56,290 bases of DNA from a virus: the UHGV virus genome UHGV-0206581, one strand, 5' to 3'. The translations under genes were made by a program, and so were the position numbers. This document shows, in pieces, positions 1 to 8,848 of this stretch. Position 1 is the stretch's first letter. Every line of letters starts with the position of its first letter. Under the pieces are notes generated by a model. It was not told where the DNA came from. It saw only the letters and a list, made by a program, of their open reading frames with translations, and ran no database searches.

Positions 1-84
1 ATCAAAAATTTACTTCCTGACCAACTCAGGGACTATCAGATACATAGTGGCGACTATGATTTTCAAGAAGATGTCCTTTCTCGA

Positions 85-399
85 ATGGAGGAACGAACAT
101 TGGACTTAACAAAATACGAAATGGAAACTATCTACAACTACAATCAGGAAGAGCCTCTTGCATCCTGCTACACGATGGACCGTGCCCTGATCCGCCGCTT
201 AGATATACTTGCCGAAAAACACAAAGAAATTACTTTGCTTAGAAGTGGTGAAGGAATGAGGGAATATACTTTCCCAAAGAAGTGGATTAAAGTCCGCGCT
301 CCGAAGGAACTATCGGACGAACAGCGGGAAAACATGGCAAAGAGGGCAAGAGAGAGGTTTGGGTTTGCGAAAGAAGGTGACAACTCTGGACAAGAATGA
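85..399 (+). CDS. Hypothetical phage protein
   Basis: 104-aa ORF, co-oriented with and overlapping the terS candidate. Confidence 0.7.
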   Translation: MEERTLDLTKYEMETIYNYNQEEPLASCYTMDRALIRRLDILAEKHKEITLLRSGEGMREYTFPKKWIKVRAPKELSDEQRENMAKRARERFGFAKEGDNSGQE

Positions 400-940
400 T
401 ACGACTATGGAGCAGGTCGTAAAACGGAAAAGAAACCGCCCAGACCTACAGCAGTTCGGGTATGAACTTGCGGAGCCGGGAGATAACAGCAAAGCGACTA
501 TGTTTATCCAAGCCCTCAACAAATTTGATAGAGTTGACCTCTCTGACGAGAATGCTGTAAAGCAGAGAATTGACGAGTTCTGGCAACTCTGCATCGACTT
601 TGACACAAAGCCACAGGTATCTGGTATGGCTGATGTGCTTGGACTTGATAGGCGGCGACTATGGGAAATTACTCATGATGTTGTCGGGAGAAACCTTGAA
701 TGCAGCTCTGCGACAAGGGACTTGATAAAAAAAGAGTACAGAAAACTTGAGGTTTTATGGGAGTATTACATCCTGAATGGTAAGGTAAACCCGGTTTCTG
801 CAATCTTTTTGGGGAAGAACAACTTTGATTACGCAGACCGCCAAGAAATCACTCTCACGCCTGGAACACCTCTCGGCGACTCTCCCGACCAAAAGCAGCT
901 TGAGGAACGGATTGCCGGGTCTGTTGTGGTGGAGGAGTAG
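359..940 (+). CDS. terS: Probable terminase small subunit (true start likely 377 or 407)
   Basis: HTH-like segment (PQVSGMADVLGLDRRRLWE) and C-terminal GKVNPVSAIFLGKNNFDYAD, resembling Firmicute phage DNA-packaging small subunits. Confidence 0.7.
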   Translation: MGLRKKVTTLDKNDTTMEQVVKRKRNRPDLQQFGYELAEPGDNSKATMFIQALNKFDRVDLSDENAVKQRIDEFWQLCIDFDTKPQVSGMADVLGLDRRRLWEITHDVVGRNLECSSATRDLIKKEYRKLEVLWEYYILNGKVNPVSAIFLGKNNFDYADRQEITLTPGTPLGDSPDQKQLEERIAGSVVVEE

Positions 941-945
941 CGACT

Positions 946-1365
946 GTGAAACAGAATTTCTCTTGCGACTATCTGGTAGATATTACTGGATTGGTAGACA
1001 ATGGAGAAAACCTTTATTCTTGCTGCCATCCATCCGGCGTTATGTGTGGGAAAGAAGATTGTCCGGTTGTGATCGACTTTATGAGACGATGCCAAAAGGA
1101 CACAGCGGCCAACGACTATGACAGCCTCACGCGCGGGAAGTTGTGCCCACTAAAGGCTGCACAATCTCCAGGGCTGGCACTTTGGAGCCTAGACCCCGTG
1201 CCCGATTTGGCCGCAACGCTGAAAACTAGCGTGATTAAGTTCCAGGCCGACGGCAAGATGCCCCGCGTGGAGTATATCGGCGGGCGTTGTGACGGCCCCC
1301 GCTGCGCCTGGTGGGACGCCGATAAAGAGCATTGTGCCGTCCTCTCCTTGGCCCAGAACAAATGA
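946..1365 (+). CDS. Hypothetical Cys-rich protein
   Basis: 139-aa ORF with Cys clusters (CDGPRCAWW...CAV), followed by a strong hairpin. Confidence 0.5.
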   Translation: MKQNFSCDYLVDITGLVDNGENLYSCCHPSGVMCGKEDCPVVIDFMRRCQKDTAANDYDSLTRGKLCPLKAAQSPGLALWSLDPVPDLAATLKTSVIKFQADGKMPRVEYIGGRCDGPRCAWWDADKEHCAVLSLAQNK

Positions 1366-1370
1366 TAAGG

Positions 1371-1410
1371 CCCCGGCTTGCTCCTGACGGAGCGGGCCGG
1401 GGTTGCTTTG
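1371..1410 (+). terminator. Probable intrinsic terminator
   Basis: CCCCGGCTTGCTCC-TGAC-GGAGCGGGCCGGGG stem-loop followed by TTGCTTTG. Confidence 0.6.
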
Positions 1411-1866
1411 TGCTCTGTTTGGCGTTTTGTGGGCCGATATACGGAGTTTTATGGTATTGGGATATAGGGACACTCCAAGACAATAAAACAGCTCTAAGAG
1501 CCTGCAAATGGTCTTTACGGAGGTTTTGTTTTTTTGAGGTCTGTTCCACCCTGCTGGACACAAGCGCAAAAATGCCGCCTGGAGACCATAGGAGGCCACG
1601 CAAGCAGCGGGAAGTTGCTGGGGAGTGTAGGGATATGGGCGGACACGCTGGAGGGACTGGAGGGCAAAAAAACCGCCCCATAGCGGGGCGGGTGGTATCT
1701 AAGTTAACATCCGGCGCGGCGGATGCCTCCATCGGAAAAGAAAAGAGAGCCTACTTAGTAAGCTCTCTCTTCTTGCCGTATTAATATACATATCTATATT
1801 TCAATCCGTGGGGCCAGGGTCGAGGCCCACCAGAAAGCTGCGCCTCAGCCTCCCGACGCTTTTATA

Positions 1867-2130
1867 TTACACTTCGCGGCGGCCTTTGTCAACTCCCAGG
1901 TCAATAGCGGATTTGAGCAGAGACATAACCTCTCCGATATGCTGGGCAGGGTACTTGCTCCACCAATCATCCGGGATAAAGTCCACCAGCTCGGCACAAG
2001 TGTCAGGGTAGGCTCTCCAGCCGCTATACTCTTTTGCTTGTTCAACTTTTAGCGCCGACCGGCGTTCTTCTGCTGTCAGCCCCTCATAGGCTTCGCGAGT
2101 GAATACCTCTTTAGCAGTCAGCTTTTTCAT
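1867..2130 (-). CDS. Hypothetical protein (minus-strand island)
   Basis: MKKLTAKEV... ATG at 2130 with an AGGAG RBS. Confidence 0.7.
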   Translation of the reverse strand: MKKLTAKEVFTREAYEGLTAEERRSALKVEQAKEYSGWRAYPDTCAELVDFIPDDWWSKYPAQHIGEVMSLLKSAIDLGVDKGRREV

Positions 2131-2199
2131 GGTTTGCTCTCCCTTCTCCCCTGCGCGGGGCCTCCATTGTGTTGATTGTATCGCGCCCATATGGGGCAG

Positions 2200-2265
2200 T
2201 CAAGACTTTTTCGCCGTCTCCCAGATAATCATGATCGGGAGGAGCAAGATAAACAGAATAATCAA
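2200..2265 (-). CDS. 21-aa hydrophobic peptide MIILFILLLPIMIIWETAKKS
   Basis: TTG start at 2265 with GGAGG RBS (complement 2276-2280); overlaps the stop of the upstream ORF. Confidence 0.45.
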   Translation of the reverse strand: MIILFILLLPIMIIWETAKKS

Positions 2266-2450
2266 GCGGGGGGCACCTCCTCGGCGGCTTTGTTCATTTG
2301 AGTTTCCCACCAAGCGGTTTTTTCTTCCAGTGTTTCCCCCGGCTGCTCCTGCGTTGGAATGTCGCAGATAGCAAGCAACGGGCAGCCAGAACATTTATAA
2401 TCAAAGTGCTTTTCGCAAATCAATTTGACTGCATTTGAAAACATGTTCAT
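2262..2450 (-). CDS. Small hypothetical protein (CxxCP motif)
   Basis: MNMFSNAVKLICEKHFDYKCSGCPLLAIC..., GGAGG RBS upstream. Confidence 0.6.
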   Translation of the reverse strand: MNMFSNAVKLICEKHFDYKCSGCPLLAICDIPTQEQPGETLEEKTAWWETQMNKAAEEVPPA

Positions 2451-2475
2451 TTCCTCCATTCTCCCGGTGGTCGGG

Positions 2476-2763
2476 TCAAAAGCGGGTGATTTCCTGTCCA
2501 TCGCTTGCCACGTCCGGGAGGAATGTTCCCAGGCGGGCCGGGTCGGTAAACAGGTTGTAGCCGTCAATGCCCACAAACTGGGCAACCTCCACGGCGTTCC
2601 CGTGGGCGTCTCTGTCGATGTAGCGGCGCAGGGTGTAGGCTCTGCCCTCGTAAATATAGCGCCCGCCGTCCTGGTAGTATTCGCGGGCCTCGGCCAGCGT
2701 GGCGGCGGCGATCTCGTCAATGGTCATTGTCAGCCGCCTGGCGGCGTCTCTGTATCGTTTCAT
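2476..2763 (-). CDS. Hypothetical protein
   Basis: 95-aa ORF overlapping the upstream minus-strand ORF, RBS GGAGG. Confidence 0.65.
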   Translation of the reverse strand: MKRYRDAARRLTMTIDEIAAATLAEAREYYQDGGRYIYEGRAYTLRRYIDRDAHGNAVEVAQFVGIDGYNLFTDPARLGTFLPDVASDGQEITRF

Positions 2764-2924
2764 TGTGCGACCTCCTCCATGTCAACGCATTTTTGGAGAT
2801 TGTCGGCCTCCGTGCCTAGATTGAAGATATTACCTAGATAATAGGCTTTCGCCTCCTCTATAGAGGCATTAAGCTGGGTATACAGATAGTCTCCATTGGA
2901 AAAAGTGACTTTGTAAGTATTCAT
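2760..2924 (-). CDS. Small hypothetical protein
   Basis: MNTYKVTFSNGDYLYT..., AAGGAGG RBS. Confidence 0.65.
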   Translation of the reverse strand: MNTYKVTFSNGDYLYTQLNASIEEAKAYYLGNIFNLGTEADNLQKCVDMEEVAQ

Positions 2925-2937
2925 TGTGCGGCCCTCC

Positions 2938-3363
2938 TTACCCGATTTTATCGGCCATTTCCCGGTAGTTGTACGGGATATATACATTTTTAGCGTTCGG
3001 GTTTGGGCGGTAAACCGTGGCTGTCTGCCCGTCGTCCGTAATATAGCAATCAACATATTCCCCATTACAGAGGGAGACAAACCGACGCGCATTTTCTGGC
3101 ACCTCGTCCAAGCTCCAAAAGTAGCGACCATCTGTAACGCGCTTATTATAGCAAGCGGTTGTAATGACGCGGCCCTTACCTACGGCCCGCATGTCGTGGA
3201 GTTGTGTAAATTGTGGGTTGATTTTGAGGCCGTAGAGAGCCAGGAAACGGCGGAATCCGCTGTCCGTGCGGTAGGCTGTCCAGGCCATGCAATCGCGTTG
3301 AACAACGTATTTATAGCCGCACTCGCTGGTTTTTCCGTCAAGATAAATTGTGATACTGATCAT
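2938..3363 (-). CDS. Hypothetical protein
   Basis: 141-aa ORF with AAGGAGG RBS. Confidence 0.75.
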   Translation of the reverse strand: MISITIYLDGKTSECGYKYVVQRDCMAWTAYRTDSGFRRFLALYGLKINPQFTQLHDMRAVGKGRVITTACYNKRVTDGRYFWSLDEVPENARRFVSLCNGEYVDCYITDDGQTATVYRPNPNAKNVYIPYNYREMADKIG

Positions 3364-3405
3364 TTGTTTTTCCTCCTTGTCATGGAGGGCCGCCCCCTCC
3401 GGCTA

Positions 3406-3434
3406 TTGCTTTTCCCTGCCGGTTGTGTTATAGT
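3406..3434 (+). promoter_or_regulatory. Sigma-A-like promoter pointing against the minus-strand island
   Basis: TTGCTT-17bp-TATAGT with extended -10 TG. Confidence 0.5.
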
Positions 3435-3478
3435 GGAGGCGGCCAGATGGCAGGCTCTAACCGCCTCCGCTGGGTCTT

Positions 3479-3522
3479 AGATAGTCGCTTGCTTGTTCAG
3501 GGCTGGGCGGCTATCTTTTTTA
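3479..3522 (+). terminator. Intrinsic terminator
   Basis: AGATAGTCGCTT...GGGCGGCTATCT stem followed by a T-run. Confidence 0.6.
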
Positions 3523-3651
3523 CTGCTTGGGGATGGCCTCTCGGATAATGCGGGCCGCGTCCTGCGCGTCCTTAGCCGTGGCCTCTACCAGCTTCGCCAG
3601 GGTTTCAAGATAGGATGCTAACTCGGTCTGGGTCATGCTATCAATCTCCAT
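3520..3651 (-). CDS. 43-aa helical hypothetical protein
   Basis: MEIDSMTQTELASYLETLAKLVEATAK..., AGGAGG RBS. Confidence 0.65.
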   Translation of the reverse strand: MEIDSMTQTELASYLETLAKLVEATAKDAQDAARIIREAIPKQ

Positions 3652-3950
3652 TTCCGTTACCTCCTGCCCGGTAGATTCAGCGCGGTTTCCCTTGCTGTGA
3701 TTATATGATAACATATTTGCTTGATGTAGTCAACAGAATTTACAAATATTTTTATTTATTTTTTGAGTAGTTGCGATTTGTGCCAAATTATTATTATATA
3801 TATGTGGGCTGTTTGGTATGGGTATACCCCAGATAATCAAGGTATTACAAGGATAACGGGCCGCCGGGCACCCCCGGGGGATAGGACAGGGCGGCCACCC
3901 ACCACCTGAGCCCCCCTACCACAGAAAAATTAAAAAAAGCAAAAAACATG

Positions 3951-3980
3951 TTGACAAACAACAAAATTATTTGTTATAAT
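3951..3980 (+). promoter_or_regulatory. Consensus sigma-A promoter of the resolvase, overlapping inverted repeats (possible res site)
   Basis: TTGACA-18bp-TATAAT; AACAAAATTATTTGTT dyad within the spacer. Confidence 0.7.
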
Positions 3981-4010
3981 GAATTTGCAAACAAAAGGAG
4001 GCGAGATGGG

Positions 4011-4676
4011 ATGGCTGAGAGCATTTGTGTTGGATATGCGCGGGTGTCCTCGAAAGACCAAAATGAGGAGCGGCAGACTAAAATGCTGAAAGAGGCCGGA
4101 GTGCCGGAGCGGTACATCTTCATTGATAAAGAGAGCGGGCGGGACTACAACCGGGACAAATGGAACGCGATGATGACTGTAATCCGAAAGGGTGATACGG
4201 TTTTTGTGTGCAGCCTTGACCGGCTCGGAAGAAATTACACTGAGACTGGAAAACAGTGGGAACATATCACGAAGGAGATCGGAGCAGATATTGTTGTGCT
4301 GGATATGCCCATTTTGGATACCAGGAAAACGAACGATCTCACAGGAACGCTGATTGCTGATATTGTATTGAAAGTTCTTTCGTATGTGGCTGAGAAGGAA
4401 AGAATCAACACGCATGAGCGGCAGGCCCAAGGGATTGCTCTTGCTAAGGACAGAGGCGCATATAAAGGAAGAAAGCCGATTGAAATAGATGAGGTGGCTT
4501 TCGATGCAGCCTACAAAGAAGTTCTGTCTGATGGGAGGACGAACAAGTGGGCGATGGAAAAGTTGGGGTTGCGTCCAAACACCTACTATAAGGCAGTTGC
4601 GAAGTATCGGGCGGAACACGGGTTGCCTCCGCTGGAGAGCCGAAACAAAAAGGGGGTAAAAAAGGGGGATGTTTAA
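4011..4676 (+). CDS. Small serine recombinase (resolvase/invertase family)
   Basis: GYARVSSKDQNEERQ catalytic motif, SLDRLGRN, GRKP linker and C-terminal HTH; AGGAGG RBS. Confidence 0.95.
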   Translation: MAESICVGYARVSSKDQNEERQTKMLKEAGVPERYIFIDKESGRDYNRDKWNAMMTVIRKGDTVFVCSLDRLGRNYTETGKQWEHITKEIGADIVVLDMPILDTRKTNDLTGTLIADIVLKVLSYVAEKERINTHERQAQGIALAKDRGAYKGRKPIEIDEVAFDAAYKEVLSDGRTNKWAMEKLGLRPNTYYKAVAKYRAEHGLPPLESRNKKGVKKGDV

Positions 4677-5814
4677 CGAGGCAAACAAGAAACAGGTTCT
4701 TGAAATGCAGGATCAGTTTTATTCTGACAGAATCGGGAAAGTGTACGGCGATTTTGAAGTTACCCGTGTTTGGTATGATTGGGAAACACATAAACAGATG
4801 TGGGAGCTAACCTGTCAGAAGTGCGGAAGGAAGAAAGTCACGCATAACGGGAAAGATTATGCGAAAGGGAAGAATCAAGGGATTTGTGGGTGTGAAACAA
4901 GAAAAAGAATAGTAGCGGAAAAGGAAACCGCAAGGATTAAAAGAGAAAATTTGCCAAGCAACCCAAAGTGGATTGGGCAGAAAATTGGATGCTGGGAGAT
5001 AATTGGATATAAAACGGGATTCGGCTGGAAAACGAGATGTACCTTTTGTGGTGCAGAGAATTACCACGCTCCAAAGTTTTTGTTGAGAGAAAATCCTATG
5101 GTTTGTATTTGCCAAACAAACCGAGGAAAGTTTGATATAGAAAAATGGAGAGGTGTTCGAAAATACCATCTAACCGTTGTTGGAAAACGCAAAAAGATGT
5201 TTGTGTGCAGATGTGATTGCGGTAGATCAGTTGAAGTAAATCCGGTGCTTTTTGAAAATGGGAAAATAAAGAGTTGTGGAAAAGCAGATTGTATTCATCA
5301 TAAGTCCCTTATTAGTACACATGGATTATCAAAAGATAGGATATACAGAATTTGGAGCGGAATGAAAGAGCGGTGTTATAACCACAAAAACCATGCGTGG
5401 AAAACATACGGTGGGCGAGGAATAGACATTTGTGATGAATGGAGAGAGGATGTGTTTGCGTTTAGGGATTGGGCTCTGTCGCATGGGTATGCCGATAATT
5501 TATCAATAGACCGAATTGATAACGACAAAGGGTACTCACCAGATAATTGTAGGTGGGCTGATGCAAAGGCGCAAGCAAACAATCAACATCCGAAATATAC
5601 ATTTACCGCAAGACCAACCGAAAAGCGGAGCAGGAAACGGAAACTGGAATGGGAGATTAATGGAGAAACGAAGTCGGCCATTGATTGGTGCGAGCAATAC
5701 GGATTGAGCTTTTCTTTTGTATCTTACCGCATTAAGAAAATGGGCATGACACCATACGAGGCATTAACCACGCCGAAAGTTACCGCTGGTAGGCCAAAAA
5801 CGACAATATCCTAA
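4669..5814 (+). CDS. HNH-type homing endonuclease-like protein with repeated Zn modules
   Basis: CRCDCG...KSCG, WSGMKERCYN...YGGRGIDICDEW and SIDRIDNDKGYSPDNCRWA motifs. Confidence 0.85.
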   Translation: MFNEANKKQVLEMQDQFYSDRIGKVYGDFEVTRVWYDWETHKQMWELTCQKCGRKKVTHNGKDYAKGKNQGICGCETRKRIVAEKETARIKRENLPSNPKWIGQKIGCWEIIGYKTGFGWKTRCTFCGAENYHAPKFLLRENPMVCICQTNRGKFDIEKWRGVRKYHLTVVGKRKKMFVCRCDCGRSVEVNPVLFENGKIKSCGKADCIHHKSLISTHGLSKDRIYRIWSGMKERCYNHKNHAWKTYGGRGIDICDEWREDVFAFRDWALSHGYADNLSIDRIDNDKGYSPDNCRWADAKAQANNQHPKYTFTARPTEKRSRKRKLEWEINGETKSAIDWCEQYGLSFSFVSYRIKKMGMTPYEALTTPKVTAGRPKTTIS

Positions 5815-5820
5815 AAAATA

Positions 5821-5970
5821 AAAAAAGACGGCTCCATCACAGTGGAGGCCGCCTGTAAGCAGATGGGCATTAGTAAAAGCCAATGGTATAATTTGAGCAG
5901 AAAAAAAGACCGCCGCCCTCGGTCAAAAGGAAGCGGCGATCTGAATGAGAACACATCAGAGGCGTGTTGA
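5821..5970 (+). pseudogene. Orphan resolvase-type HTH fragment
   Basis: Frame reads KKDGSITVEAACKQMGISKSQWYNLSRK with no start codon or RBS. Confidence 0.55.
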
Positions 5971-6019
5971 CAAGGATAATATAGCACACGCCTCCAGATA
6001 AAACAAGGGGGTATTGACT

Positions 6020-6166
6020 ATGTGTAAAGAGTGTAAGATATTGGATCAGATTTTGGGTTTTATTGACAAGAAAATTGAGGCTTGCGGGTCGTTTAAGGCT
6101 GGGCCAGAAGGTGAGGCCCTTCGCTCTGTAAGAGAATACATCTTGAAAGTACAGGACGACATGTAG
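6020..6166 (+). CDS. 48-aa hypothetical protein
   Basis: MCKECKILDQILGFIDKKIE..., AAGGGGG RBS; not in the ORF track. Confidence 0.5.
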   Translation: MCKECKILDQILGFIDKKIEACGSFKAGPEGEALRSVREYILKVQDDM

Positions 6167-6207
6167 GCAAGAAAAATTCCGCGCAAAACAAAAAGAGTGT
6201 GTTTCTG

Positions 6208-6879
6208 ATGGGAAAGATAAAAGACCTCGCCGGTCAAAGGTTCGGGGAACTGATAGTAATAGAACCCGCTGGGCGCTCGCCCAAAGGCGCCATGCTTTGG
6301 CGGTGCATGTGCCGCAAGTGCGGAAATGAGTGCGTCGTTGAGGGGCAACGGTTAACCGATAAAAAATCGCCAAAGAAAGATTGTGGATGCAATAAGCGTG
6401 AGAAAACGGAAGATCTTACCGGGAAAACCTATGGTGCGCTGACTGTATTGAAGCGAACCGGAATTGACAAACACGGGAACGCGCTGTATCTGTGCAAGTG
6501 TTCCATGTGCGGTTTCGAAAAGGAGTTCCCCGCACAGACGATAAGAAGCAAACCAAAGGGATGTGGCTGCCAGCAATACAAAAGCGAGAATATGAAAAAA
6601 TACTCTGAACTTGCCGTTAAGGCCAAGTTTGCAAAAACGGGTGGCATAAAGCGCGCAGATATTGCGGCAGCGAAGACAGACAAAGCGATGCTAAGAAGCA
6701 AAACTGGTGTGCGTGGTGTTATGCCGGAGAAAAACGGGAAAACATACCGGGCAGCCGTACAGGTTTCCGGAGAGCGCTGGGTAAAGACGGGTTTTATGTC
6801 TATTGAAAGCGCGAAGGCCGCTTATGATTCAAAGAAGAGGGAGCTATTAGAGAAATATGGACTGGATCAAATGCTGTGA
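6208..6879 (+). CDS. Homing-endonuclease-associated protein with two Zn-binding repeats and a C-terminal AP2-like domain
   Basis: Two DL(A/T)G.(R/T)(F/Y)G.L.V...C.C..CG...CGC modules; SKTGVRGV...YRAAVQV...AKAAYD AP2-like tail. Confidence 0.75.
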   Translation: MGKIKDLAGQRFGELIVIEPAGRSPKGAMLWRCMCRKCGNECVVEGQRLTDKKSPKKDCGCNKREKTEDLTGKTYGALTVLKRTGIDKHGNALYLCKCSMCGFEKEFPAQTIRSKPKGCGCQQYKSENMKKYSELAVKAKFAKTGGIKRADIAAAKTDKAMLRSKTGVRGVMPEKNGKTYRAAVQVSGERWVKTGFMSIESAKAAYDSKKRELLEKYGLDQML

Positions 6880-7084
6880 TAGGATGCCGCCGGATATGGA
6901 GCCGGTAATGGTGACGGTAAGAGTCAATGATGGAGGAAAGCAGACCTGGGTTGATGTCTGATACAATCCAGAGTACAAAGAATGGGAACAGCTTGCGGAT
7001 GCTATTGGAGATTACTGGGAAGGGCTTGGAAAGGATTATGAAGTAACTCATTGGATTCCGTACCCGGAACCGGCGGAAGATTGA
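6857..7084 (+). pseudogene. DUF551-like gene with in-frame TGA at 6959
   Basis: MDWIKCCDRMPPDMEPVMVT...DV*YNPEYKEW...VTHWIPYPEP matches the WI...RLP...VTHWMPLPEP pattern. Confidence 0.7.
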
Positions 7085-7093
7085 ATAATTGTA

Positions 7094-7170
7094 GTGCCAA
7101 GTGCCTCTCCAGATGGAGCGAACAGTGCCAAGTGCCTTTTATCTGAAAGGATAGGAGGCACTTTATTTTT
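7094..7170 (+). promoter_or_regulatory. Doubled GTGCCAAGTGCC leader with SD-sequestering hairpin (terL)
   Basis: Copies at 7094-7105 and 7125-7136; 15-bp stem 7130-7144/7149-7163 with GAAA loop covers AGGAGG. Confidence 0.8.
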
Positions 7171-8793
7171 ATGGAAATTCGGGAGCTGGTGAAGAGGGCG
7201 TTCAAGCGTGACCTCTCCGACCCGTCTGCGTTATCTGATGCCTTTGATACGTTGCGGCTGCTAGAACCAGAAGATTTTACCTTGGCCCATGAGCGAAACA
7301 AGGAAGTACGTCGGCTGTCCGCAAGATTCGCCGCAGAACAAAAAAGCCTCCGTATGTTCGAGCTGAACAAGCGGAGTCTGCTGTTTGATGCGCCGTATGA
7401 TTTTGATGCGGCGATAAGATATGCTGAGTGGGATAGAGAGCCGAAAAAGAAGTTTTATATGCCACGCAGAAAGCAGTTACTTCCGGTTGTTCAAGCTATG
7501 CAGCGGCTATCTGAACGGAAGATACGCATTTTGGGTGTTATGGCTCCCCCGGGCGTCGGGAAGACCACCATTGAATTGATGTTCATGGTGATGGAGGGGT
7601 TAAAGAATCCAGATTTAAGCATTCTGATGGGTTCGCACTCAAACTCATTCCTACGTGGGGCTTATGAAGAAGTTGGGCGGATGTTAGACCCCAAAGGGGA
7701 GTATTTGTGGAAAGATATTTTCCTATCTGTTCAAGTTTGCAAAACAAATGCCCAAGATATGCGAATTGATCTTGGGAAACGAAAGCGGTTTGAGACCTTT
7801 GAGTTTTCGTCCATTGGATCTGGTAACGCGGGCAAAGTACGCGCTTCGAATCTTCTGGTAGCAGATGACCTTGTACCTGATATTGAGTCCGCAATGAGTA
7901 AAGAGCGCATGGACAAGCTCTGGCAGCAGTATTATACAGACCTCATGCAGCGTATGATCGGAGATTGTGTCCAGCTTCTTGTCCAAACACCTTGGACGTT
8001 ACATGACCCCATTGACCGACTTGAACTAGCCCATGCAGAAGACCCAATGGCAGAGTTTATCCACCTACCTGCTCTGGATGAAAATGATGAGAGTAATTTT
8101 GATTATCCGTATGGACTTGGGTTTACCACGGCATTCTATCACAATCAGAGAGATGTTATGGACGATGCTTCCTGGAGGGCACTATACATGACTCAGCCCA
8201 TTGAGCGTGAAGGACAGCTATACAATGAAGATGAGCTGCGCAGGTATTTTGAGCTTCCTGACGGGAAACCAGATGCAATCCTGTTTGTGTGCGATACGAA
8301 GGACAAGGGCACTGATTATTGCGTCATGCCAATTTGTTACCAGTACGGGAATGACTTCTATTGTGAAGACGTAGTATGCGACAACAGCAATCCAGAGGTT
8401 GTAGAGGCGCGGCTGGTGTCAAAGCTCCTTCAGCATAAGGCTCAAATGGGCCAGTTTGAAAGCAACAGCGCTGGTGGGAAAGTAGCAGAAAAAGTTCAGA
8501 AAGAAGTTAAAGAAGCTGGCGGTATAGCGAAAATCACCACAAAATATACGACACAGCAAAAGGAAACAAAAATCATAGTGAACTCGCCGTGGGTGAAAGA
8601 CCATGTGCTGTTCAAAGACAACTCTGTCATAAAGAAGGACAAGGAATATCGAAGGATGCTCAACTTCCTTTGCGGGTATACGATGGCAGGTAAAAATAAG
8701 CATGATGATGTTCCTGATGCTTGGGCAATGTTTGCTGAGTATGTTCAGCAACTCGAAGGGAACAAAGTAGAGGTGTTCCGCCGTCCATTTTAA
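7171..8793 (+). CDS. terL: Terminase large subunit
   Basis: Walker A APPGVGKTT, Walker B LLVADD, nuclease residues CDTKDKGTDY and KHDDVPDA. Confidence 0.95.
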   Translation: MEIRELVKRAFKRDLSDPSALSDAFDTLRLLEPEDFTLAHERNKEVRRLSARFAAEQKSLRMFELNKRSLLFDAPYDFDAAIRYAEWDREPKKKFYMPRRKQLLPVVQAMQRLSERKIRILGVMAPPGVGKTTIELMFMVMEGLKNPDLSILMGSHSNSFLRGAYEEVGRMLDPKGEYLWKDIFLSVQVCKTNAQDMRIDLGKRKRFETFEFSSIGSGNAGKVRASNLLVADDLVPDIESAMSKERMDKLWQQYYTDLMQRMIGDCVQLLVQTPWTLHDPIDRLELAHAEDPMAEFIHLPALDENDESNFDYPYGLGFTTAFYHNQRDVMDDASWRALYMTQPIEREGQLYNEDELRRYFELPDGKPDAILFVCDTKDKGTDYCVMPICYQYGNDFYCEDVVCDNSNPEVVEARLVSKLLQHKAQMGQFESNSAGGKVAEKVQKEVKEAGGIAKITTKYTTQQKETKIIVNSPWVKDHVLFKDNSVIKKDKEYRRMLNFLCGYTMAGKNKHDDVPDAWAMFAEYVQQLEGNKVEVFRRPF

Positions 8794-8818
8794 AACACAA
8801 AATATTGTGTATAATGCC

Positions 8819-8848
8819 TTGATTAAATCGTATATATTGTGGTATAAT
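8819..8848 (+). promoter_or_regulatory. Sigma-A promoter upstream of the tRNA/ncRNA region
   Basis: TTGATT-18bp-TATAAT with extended -10 TG. Confidence 0.65.

Noticed and set aside
1332..1784. ORFs in the 1365-1860 gap
   Set aside because: The region consists of convergent terminator-like hairpins and the translations look non-coding.
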